A model generated the notes under the pieces. That model made no database searches, had not been told where the DNA came from, and saw only the letters and a program-made list of their open reading frames with translations. Below are positions 24,328 through 30,715 of a stretch of 32,000 nt of DNA, one piece after another. The first letter of the stretch is position 1, and each line of letters begins with the position of its first letter. Source of the DNA: Halomicrobium mukohataei DSM 12286. GTDB taxonomy: Archaea; Halobacteriota; Halobacteria; Halobacteriales; Haloarculaceae. The stretch is from positions 30,001-62,000 of the forward strand of contig NC_013202.1 in assembly GCF_000023965.1 (NCBI RefSeq). Reading direction: 5' to 3'. Made by a program: the position numbers and the translations under genes.

Positions 24328-26337
24328 TCAGGCTCGCCGTCTGAGGATGGCCAGCGTCGCGACCAGTGCAATCAGCACCATCACGGGCGTGAAGCCGGGA
24401 CCGTCTCCCGTGGTCGTGTCGTCATCGTCATCGTCGTCGTCGTCGTCCGTCGGCGTGTCCGGCTCGTCCGTCGGCGTGTCCGGCTCGTCCGTCGGCGTAT
24501 CCGGTTCGTCCGTCGGCGTGTCCGGCTCGTCCGTCGGCGTGTCCGGCTCGTCCGTCGGCGTATCCGGTTCGTCCGTCGGCGTGTCCGGCTCGTCCGTCGG
24601 CGTGTCCGTCGGCGTGTCCGTCGGATCGTCGTCGTCGTTGTCGCTATCGTCGTCATCGTCGTCATCGTCACCGTCGTCGCTGCGCCTCGTGACGGTGGCT
24701 TCGATGGTGATCGTCTTCGTCGTTCCGTGGGCCGTCTCGATGGTCAACTCACCGTTGTCGAAGCTCTTGGCGTTGTCGAAGGTGAGGTGGACCGTCTTCG
24801 AGTTGCCGGCTCCGATCTTGTGGAAGGTCTCTCCCACAGTGAACGACTCGCTGTAACTTCCACTCGTGGTGATGTCGGTAACCGTCAGCTCGGCGGTCCC
24901 GGTGTTTTCGATCGTGAACTCCTTGGTGCGGTCGTTCCCGCGTGTGACCTTGCCGAAGTCGATCGTATCGCTCGGCGAGACCTTCATGTTTGGTTCACCG
25001 ACCTGTCGCTTGATCGTGGTCGTCGAGGAGCGCGTCTCCCCGTCGATCGTCGCGACGTGGACGAGCGTGTACGTGTCCGGCGGAGTTCCCTCCGGAACGG
25101 TGATCGTCACCTCGTCTTTGGCGTCGCCGACGGTCGATCCGACGGCTGCGTAGAGGGTCTCGCCACCGTCGGTGGTGACTTTGTCGGGATCGACAACGTC
25201 CTCCAGAAGCGTCGTCACGTCGATCGTGTCGCTGGTCTCGCTGGTGCCGATCGACGTACCGAACGGCTCGGCACCGCTGGAGAGATCGGTGTCGGCTTTG
25301 ACCTCTTCGATCGATGAATCGACCGACGTGATCAAATCGTCTTCGTTTCCGGTAGCGTGAATGCTCTGTTGACTCAGTCTGTCCTCGTTGATCAGCAAGA
25401 CGGTGTGGCTGACGTCCTTCCCGTCCTGGATACTCTTGAGGTCCTCACCGGCGTCGACCGAGAGGGTTCGCGTACTGCCCGGCGCGATGCTCGACGGGGC
25501 GTTGATCGAGCTTTCGCCCTCCTGAACGAGCAGGCTGTCCGCACCGATGATCGTCACTTCGTCTTTCGCCTCGATGTTACCGTCTCCATTCCCTTTTTGC
25601 TGGAATCCGGTGCGATCGGTATCAGCACTGTCCTCGATCTGAACGAGGCCGACCACGTAGCGACCGGACTTCGAAGGCTCATACACGACCGCCTCCTCAT
25701 CAAGGATCGGCTCATCCTGATCGCGGTACGTGTCGACAACTTCGGCTTCGACGTTCGGGTTGTCCGTCAGCAGCGACGGTAACTCGTCAACCGATTCTGG
25801 ACGAGACACGTCCGCTCCGAGGCGGGCAGCGACGAGCTGATAGTCGTCACCGTCTCCGCTAACACCCATCTGCGACGTGAATTTGTACTCAATCTCGGTG
25901 TTTTTGTTGTAGACATTCAGCTCTTCTTTCTGGAGATCAAGTTCGGTTTCCCAACCGTCAGAACGAGCTGTCGCGGTCACATCAGCACTCTGGACCGACG
26001 TTGGTGCTAACGATTTTGTGTTCTCGTTGGGCCGCAAGCGCGCAGGAGCGAACGCGTGGACTGAAATGGTATCGTCCGGATTGACGATATAACCCTCATC
26101 GTCAATCTTGGCCGAGACGCCGCCCGATCCGGGTGTCTGGCCGGACGTGACCATGATCGACGGCGTCGGTGCCGTTCGCTCGAACTGAGCGGACGCTGAT
26201 TGTTCGACATCGGAACCGCTGACGTAGTCGTCCAGTGACTCCGCAGACACGGCCCCGGCGATCGGCGCACCGAGCATTAGCACGGTCAGCACGATCGCTA
26301 GGACGGTCTGCTGGCCATCTGAAATTGCCCCATTCAT
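24328..26337 (-). CDS. Large secreted adhesin-like protein with poly-Asp tracts, (DEPDTPT)7 linker and PGF-CTERM anchor
   Basis: Track ORF 24328..26409, with internal ATG 26337 giving MNGAISDGQQTVLAIVLTVLMLGAPIAGAVSA (signal peptide). The C-terminus is GDGPGFTPVMVLIALVATLAILRRRA. GC content is markedly lower than in neighbouring genes. Confidence 0.8.
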   Translation of the reverse strand: MNGAISDGQQTVLAIVLTVLMLGAPIAGAVSAESLDDYVSGSDVEQSASAQFERTAPTPSIMVTSGQTPGSGGVSAKIDDEGYIVNPDDTISVHAFAPARLRPNENTKSLAPTSVQSADVTATARSDGWETELDLQKEELNVYNKNTEIEYKFTSQMGVSGDGDDYQLVAARLGADVSRPESVDELPSLLTDNPNVEAEVVDTYRDQDEPILDEEAVVYEPSKSGRYVVGLVQIEDSADTDRTGFQQKGNGDGNIEAKDEVTIIGADSLLVQEGESSINAPSSIAPGSTRTLSVDAGEDLKSIQDGKDVSHTVLLINEDRLSQQSIHATGNEDDLITSVDSSIEEVKADTDLSSGAEPFGTSIGTSETSDTIDVTTLLEDVVDPDKVTTDGGETLYAAVGSTVGDAKDEVTITVPEGTPPDTYTLVHVATIDGETRSSTTTIKRQVGEPNMKVSPSDTIDFGKVTRGNDRTKEFTIENTGTAELTVTDITTSGSYSESFTVGETFHKIGAGNSKTVHLTFDNAKSFDNGELTIETAHGTTKTITIEATVTRRSDDGDDDDDDDDSDNDDDDPTDTPTDTPTDEPDTPTDEPDTPTDEPDTPTDEPDTPTDEPDTPTDEPDTPTDEPDTPTDDDDDDDDDDTTTGDGPGFTPVMVLIALVATLAILRRRA
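24448..24624. repeat. In-frame tandem repeat: seven 21-bp units plus degenerate 12-bp units
   Basis: The units CGTCGGCGTGTCCGGCTCGTC span 24448..24594. Units 3 and 6 carry the same two synonymous changes (GTATCCGGTTC), giving a 63-bp higher-order period. Next comes (GTCGGCGTGTCC)-type DTPT units up to 24624. The array is flanked by GAC/GAT poly-Asp runs. Confidence 0.9.
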
Positions 26338-26516
26338 ATATCGGATCCTTAGCATATCGACCAGTGGAAATGATATAAGCGTTATCATTGGTATAACAGA
26401 AAGGAGCAATTTTTGTTGTACCTTTTATTCACATTGCTACCAGTCTGTCTCGCGATACCACGACGTGGCGTTCGAAACACCAACCCTCATGAGGGCTGCA
26501 TGAAACAGTCGAGACG

Positions 26517-28259
26517 ATGAACGCCGCTGGCCGCAGACGACGATACGCGCTGCTCGTCGGGGCGGTCTTTGCCGTCGCACTCGCCGCGCGGCTTGGTACC
26601 CTCCACTGGAGTCCGCTGCCGTCGACGCTGGACGGATTTCTGTACGTCTGGCGTGCCCAAGAGACGATCCAGACCGGGGCGTTCCCGCTCGACCGGTTCC
26701 GGGCCGACAGCTTCGTGTTCACGACGCTCGTGACGACGGCCGGACTGATCACCGGGGAGCAGCCCCTTCACGTCATCCAGCCGGTCGTGGCGATCACCGG
26801 TGGAGCGTCCTGTCTCACCGCGCTGGCACTGGCCCGTCGTCTGGGCTGGCGCTTGGGCTGGGATCCAGGGCGGACCGCCCTCACCGCCGGAATCGCTGGG
26901 TTCGGACTCGCGGTGTCGGGCTTCTACGTTCGCCGCAGCGGGACCGCCGACGAGGAGGCCCTGGCGTTTCTGCTGGTGCCGCTGTTCGCGATCGCCGTGC
27001 ACCGACTGTTCACGCGAGACCGACGAACCGGCCGCTGGCTCGCCGTGAGCGCCCTCTTTTTCGTCACGTTCCCGCTCCTGCACACGTTCAGTTCGCTCGT
27101 GGCGGGACTCGTGGTGACGGGGATCCTCGGCGCGTACCTCGCCAGCGTCCCCTCCCGGCGCGGCGTCGCGGCGGCGGGCCTGCTGATCGCCGGCTTCTGG
27201 ACCTATCTCTGGGGCTACTACGAGGTCGCCGAACGCCTCGGCCTGTTCGTGCCGTACGTGAACCGAGTGACGGCGTATCCGGGGCTCTTCCTCGCGTGGC
27301 TGATCGTCCTCACCGTGGGCGTCGCGTGGCTACAGCGAAGCGGCGCGACCCCGCAACGGGCCGGCATCGGGACGGCGATCGGCCTGTGGTTCGTCGCCCT
27401 CGCTGCGAACGTGGGCCAGTCCGTCTTTCCGGGCACGCAGACGACGCCGACGCTCCTGCTCGTTGCGGTCGCCGCCTTCGCCGTCCCGTTCCTGTTCGCG
27501 CTCGTCGGACTCCCGGCGGTGAGCTGGGAGCGGGACGAGAGCGGTCCTGTCGTCCTCGGTCTCCTGCTCGGTCCGATCGTGGTCGTGTACTTCTCGCTTA
27601 CCGCCGCGCTCACGCCCGAGTACTTCGACACCGCTATGCGCGGGCACGTGTTCGTCTACTTCCCGGTGTTCGTCCTCGCCGCGGTCGGCGTCGGCACGCT
27701 CGCCGTTCGCGGCCGTCGTCACGGGACAGAGGCGGCGAGCGAAGCGGGCACACCGGTGGCGAGCGATGGGGGCACGGGACGCAGTCGCGGAACGACCGTC
27801 GCTCTCGTGGCGATCGTGCTCGTCAGCGCGCTCGTCACGCTCCCGGTCGCGTTCGTCCACCTGGACACGCTCGATGCACCCGCCGTGACCACGGAGTCGG
27901 AGTTCGCGGCGGTGACGTTCACCGCCCAGCGCTCGACCGGACCGTGGGCGACGGACCACTCGCTCAGTCGAGTCGCCGTCCACACCTACCCGGACGCGCC
28001 CAAGGCGTCCTATCAGCCGGTCGTGGCGTGGTTACAGGGCGGGGAGCAGCCGGAGTGTCCGACGCTGGCACAGGATACGTGGGCGACCTCGGGTGCACAC
28101 CTCTTCCCAGCTCCGGCGGAACGCACCTCGCCGAGGGCCTACGAGAGCTGGCAGTCTCGCAACGAGGTCGTCTATTCGACTGCGGGGCTCGACGCGACCG
28201 TGCTCGTGCGTCCGCGGAGCGTGGGGACGAACGAGAGTGGCTGCTATAGTAACAATTGA
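26517..28259 (+). CDS. Polytopic membrane protein (about 13 TM plus C-terminal extracytoplasmic domain), GT-C-like glycosyltransferase candidate
   Basis: 580 aa starting at ATG 26517. TM1 (YALLVGAVFAVALAARLG) is followed by the loop SPLPSTLDGFLYVWRAQE containing an Asp. Many hydrophobic helices follow, then a soluble tail of about 130 aa. The family assignment rests on architecture only. Confidence 0.7.
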   Translation: MNAAGRRRRYALLVGAVFAVALAARLGTLHWSPLPSTLDGFLYVWRAQETIQTGAFPLDRFRADSFVFTTLVTTAGLITGEQPLHVIQPVVAITGGASCLTALALARRLGWRLGWDPGRTALTAGIAGFGLAVSGFYVRRSGTADEEALAFLLVPLFAIAVHRLFTRDRRTGRWLAVSALFFVTFPLLHTFSSLVAGLVVTGILGAYLASVPSRRGVAAAGLLIAGFWTYLWGYYEVAERLGLFVPYVNRVTAYPGLFLAWLIVLTVGVAWLQRSGATPQRAGIGTAIGLWFVALAANVGQSVFPGTQTTPTLLLVAVAAFAVPFLFALVGLPAVSWERDESGPVVLGLLLGPIVVVYFSLTAALTPEYFDTAMRGHVFVYFPVFVLAAVGVGTLAVRGRRHGTEAASEAGTPVASDGGTGRSRGTTVALVAIVLVSALVTLPVAFVHLDTLDAPAVTTESEFAAVTFTAQRSTGPWATDHSLSRVAVHTYPDAPKASYQPVVAWLQGGEQPECPTLAQDTWATSGAHLFPAPAERTSPRAYESWQSRNEVVYSTAGLDATVLVRPRSVGTNESGCYSNN

Positions 28260-28329
28260 AACGATTTACACACCGGTCGCACTGCAGTCGTGCGATCGGG
28301 TGTGCATTGATTTTCAATGGCTACTATAG
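28244..28329. repeat. 86-bp imperfect palindrome, MITE-like (copy B, inverted relative to copy A)
   Basis: Sequence: CTATAGTAACAATTGAAACGATTTACACACCGGTCGCAC-TGCAGTC-GTGCGATCGGGTGTGCATTGATTTTCAATGGCTACTATAG. It equals the reverse complement of 6638..6722 apart from 1 inserted T and 2 substitutions. It overlaps the last 5 codons and the stop of the 26517..28259 CDS. Confidence 0.85.
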
Positions 28330-28556
28330 AGGTGACGCGGCGATCGAGAAACGGAGGTCCGAGCGACGGTCGTCGAGTCGTCCGATCGGTAGTGTTCAGA
28401 GAAGCTGATTCCACAGGGTGTCAGAAAAGAGTTCGAGAGCCTGTTCCTTTTAGAAGAAACAAGCCAGAATGCTCTGTTCAGTGGATGTGCCGCTCTGACG
28501 CGTTCGGCGGCTGCCGTGGTACTGAAAGCTGCGCTCGATTCAGCACGGCGAAAGGC

Positions 28557-28563
28557 CTTTTTC
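28557..28563 (+). promoter_or_regulatory. TATA-like CTTTTTC about 27 nt upstream of the vapB ATG at 28587
   Basis: A T-rich block following the palindrome AAAGGCCTTT. The spacing fits a leaderless transcript starting at ATG 28587. Confidence 0.3.
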
Positions 28564-28567
28564 GACT

Positions 28568-28585
28568 TGCATACAACCGTATGCA
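28568..28585. promoter_or_regulatory. Palindrome TGCATAC-AACC-GTATGCA between the TATA-like box and the vapB start (candidate autoregulatory operator)
   Basis: Perfect 7-bp arms ending 2 nt before ATG 28587. Confidence 0.4.
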
Positions 28586-28586
28586 C

Positions 28587-28823
28587 ATGTCGAAGAGTAT
28601 CCGCCTTTCCGAGGAAGCCTACGAACGGCTCAATGCTCACAAACGAGAGGATGAGACGTTCTCTGAGGTCGTTCTCCGGTTGGCCGGTGAGCGCTCGCTC
28701 TTGGATCTCGCAGGCATCCTGAGCGATGAGGAAGCTGATGCCCTCCGCGACGCTGTCGACGAACGGCGAGATCGACGTGGCGATGAACTTGAGGAAACCG
28801 CTGATCGGATGCGAGGAGCGTAA
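28587..28823 (+). CDS. vapB: Type II antitoxin, VapB family
   Basis: This is the C-terminal 78 aa of track ORF 28317..28823: MSKSIRLSEEAYERLNAHKREDETFSEVVLRLAG.... It ends 2 nt before the PIN gene. An alternative ATG is at 28581. The long upstream part of the track ORF starts inside repeat B and has low GC3. Confidence 0.8.
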   Translation: MSKSIRLSEEAYERLNAHKREDETFSEVVLRLAGERSLLDLAGILSDEEADALRDAVDERRDRRGDELEETADRMRGA

Positions 28824-28825
28824 GC

Positions 28826-29215
28826 GTGCTCCTGGACACATCGTTTCTTATTGACCTGATGAACGGAGACGAGGGTGCCGTCGAGAAAGCTCGCAAACTG
28901 GAGAGCGATCTCGTGCAGCAACGTCTCTCATCGATGACCCTCTTCGAGTTGTGCTACGGGATCGCTCGAACGACAGATTCTGAAGCCGAGCGTGAGAAAG
29001 TCGAAGAGATACTCGCCTCAAAACCCATCCATCCCGCCGACACCGCTGTGATGCGAAAGGCTGGCCGGCTCTCTGGCAAACTGCAGAACGATGGCTCGCC
29101 AGTTGAAGATGGGGATGTCATCATCGGCGCAACTGCAGACGTTGTTGCGGAGCCCGTACTCACACGGAACGTCGACGATTTCGAACGCCTCGATGTCGAG
29201 ATCGAGACCTACTGA
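28826..29215 (+). CDS. vapC: Type II toxin, PIN-domain ribonuclease VapC
   Basis: 129 aa with a GTG start. The PIN acidic quartet is present (D4 in LLDTSFLID, E41 in TLFEL, D97 in GDVIIGATA, D117 in TRNVDDF). D4 requires the GTG 28826 start. Confidence 0.85.
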   Translation: MLLDTSFLIDLMNGDEGAVEKARKLESDLVQQRLSSMTLFELCYGIARTTDSEAEREKVEEILASKPIHPADTAVMRKAGRLSGKLQNDGSPVEDGDVIIGATADVVAEPVLTRNVDDFERLDVEIETY

Positions 29216-29251
29216 ATGGAGTTTCGACGTGATCTCACGGGTCAGGAACGG

Positions 29252-29955
29252 GGAGTTAGTGTTTGGGTAGGCTGATTTCATGCGAAGCTGAACGTTCTGA
29301 GCCAGTCGTCAGCTGTGTCTGGGTCGACGTGGCTGAAACGGTTTGAGGACGAAGAGGTTCGTCGCTTCACCACCCGAAAGATGCGTTCGACACCGTTCCG
29401 AGTTCCATGTTTTTGGTATCTGAAATCGAGACGATAACGTGAACACGCGTCTTCCAACGGAGTCGCACCGTCTACGAGAAACACGGCGTCGTCGACGTGG
29501 TGTTTCTCGCGCAGTTCGGCAGAGAATGCGTGAGAAATAGCGGTCGTACGCGTCGTCTCAAGCTGTGTATAGAGCAGTTCGTTTGAATCTGGATCGACGG
29601 CGGCGTACAGCCAATACTGCTCGTCATCGATTCGGATCACCGTTTCGTCAACCGCGATTTGATCCGGAGATCGACCAGACTCCGGCTGTAGCTCGGCCTT
29701 GTGAACCCAGTTATGAACGGTGGATCGAGCACGTTCGACACCAACTATCTCAAGAGCAGAAACAGTATTCGAAAGCGACAATCCGGCGAGATACAACTGA
29801 ATACTGAATTTCATCAGAAATCGGGGTGTCGCTTCTCGTTCAACAAGCTCTAAGTTGATTTCGTCTAAATTCCCGATGAGGCGGTCGTTTTCGGGCATAG
29901 GTCACTTTGAAAACGAACCGCCTCACTTTTCAGCCATGTCTGAACACCGCCGTCC
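29252..29955 (-). mobile_element. IS6-family insertion sequence (boundaries approximate)
   Basis: A single transposase ORF lies between weak inverted ends: 29259..29275 GTGTTTGGGTAGGCTGA versus the reverse complement of 29930..29947, GTGTTCAGACATGGCTGA. They may extend to GGA at 29252 and 29955. No 8-bp target duplication was seen. Confidence 0.5.
29278..29898 (-). CDS. IS6 family transposase (DDE)
   Basis: 206 aa with an N-terminal HTH region. The DDE context is VDETVIRIDDEQYWLYAAVDPDSNELL ... GVERIFRVVKRRTSSSSNRFSH, typical of haloarchaeal IS6 transposases. Confidence 0.85.
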   Translation of the reverse strand: MPENDRLIGNLDEINLELVEREATPRFLMKFSIQLYLAGLSLSNTVSALEIVGVERARSTVHNWVHKAELQPESGRSPDQIAVDETVIRIDDEQYWLYAAVDPDSNELLYTQLETTRTTAISHAFSAELREKHHVDDAVFLVDGATPLEDACSRYRLDFRYQKHGTRNGVERIFRVVKRRTSSSSNRFSHVDPDTADDWLRTFSFA

Positions 29956-29967
29956 GATCGACCACTA

Positions 29968-29976
29968 GTTACATTA
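29968..29976 (+). promoter_or_regulatory. TATA-like GTTACATTA about 28 nt upstream of GTG 30000 of the ABC ATPase gene
   Basis: The only AT-rich block between the IS6 right end and the ABC gene start. Confidence 0.3.
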
Positions 29977-29999
29977 CGCCGCCGGGAAAAGCGCCACCA

Positions 30000-30707
30000 G
30001 TGACCGAATCCGTCCTCGTCGGATCCGACCTCGTGGTGACGCGGAGCGGGGAGCAGATCCTCGACGGCGTCTCGCTCAGCGTCGCCTCGAACGCGACGGT
30101 CCTCGTCCAGGGGCCCAGCGGTGCCGGCAAGACGACGCTGTTCAACGTCCTCGGACTGCTCGAAGCCCCCGAGAGCGGGACCCTCCACGTCGACGGTCGC
30201 GACGCGAGTGCCCTCTCGGAACGCGAGCGGGCGGCGCTCCGGCGGTCGACGATCGGCTTCGTCTTCCAGGACTTCCAGCTGATCGGCGACCTCACTGCCC
30301 GCGAAAACGCCGCCCTCCCACAGGAACACGCCGGGGAACCCGATCCCGAATGGCTTGACACGCTGTTCGATCGGCTGGGCATCGCCGCTCTGGGGGGACA
30401 GTACCCCGCGACCCTCTCGGGCGGCGAAAAGCAGCGCGTCGCGATCGCCCGCGCACTGGCCAACAGGCCGGAGATCGTCCTCGCAGACGAGCCCACCGGC
30501 CAGCTGGATCCGGCGACCGCAGACGCCGTCCTGGATCTGCTCTTCGGTATGCAGGCGTCGGCCGAGACTGCACTGATCGTGATCAGTCACGACCCACAGC
30601 TCGCGCCACATTTCGACGAGCGGTTGCAACTCGCCGACGGGCGACTTGTCGAACACGAGCACAACGACGAACAGCCACCGCAGACCCCGTCCTCGGAGAC
30701 CAGCTGA
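30000..30707 (+). CDS. ABC transporter ATP-binding protein (MacB/LolD/FtsE-like)
   Basis: Track ORF 29907..30707. Its TTG start lies inside the IS6 end, so GTG 30000 (VTESVLVGSDLVV...) is preferred. Motifs: Walker A GPSGAGKTT, signature LSGGEKQR, Walker B VLADEPTGQLD. Confidence 0.85.
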   Translation: MTESVLVGSDLVVTRSGEQILDGVSLSVASNATVLVQGPSGAGKTTLFNVLGLLEAPESGTLHVDGRDASALSERERAALRRSTIGFVFQDFQLIGDLTARENAALPQEHAGEPDPEWLDTLFDRLGIAALGGQYPATLSGGEKQRVAIARALANRPEIVLADEPTGQLDPATADAVLDLLFGMQASAETALIVISHDPQLAPHFDERLQLADGRLVEHEHNDEQPPQTPSSETS

Positions 30708-30715
30708 GGGGACAG

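Noticed and set aside
24448-24624. A regular 21-bp repeat array that could superficially suggest a CRISPR or other non-coding array.
   Set aside because: The units are contiguous with no spacers, are in frame, and encode (DEPDTPT)7 inside a secreted protein. No cas genes and no leader are present.
28317-28586. The long N-terminal extension of the vapB ORF (168 aa, starting at ATG 28317 inside repeat B).
   Set aside because: The extension has low GC3 and no homology pattern. The canonical VapB N-terminus MSKSIRL begins at 28587, with promoter-like elements directly upstream.
28314-29281. Antisense ORFs over vapB/vapC (28314..28841(-), 29018..29281(-)) and over the transposase (29565..29807(+)).
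   Set aside because: They lie opposite well-supported genes, have no motifs, and would leave the TA pair and the transposase unexplained.
29244-29963. An 8-bp target-site duplication flanking the IS6 element.
   Set aside because: The flanks of either candidate boundary pair do not match (for example AGGAACGG versus GATCGACC). IS6 copies often lack duplications after cointegrate resolution, so the absence is uninformative.
29907-29999. The upstream TTG start of the ABC ATPase ORF.
   Set aside because: It lies inside the right end of the IS6 element. The ABC domain begins right after GTG 30000, which has a TATA-like box at the expected distance.
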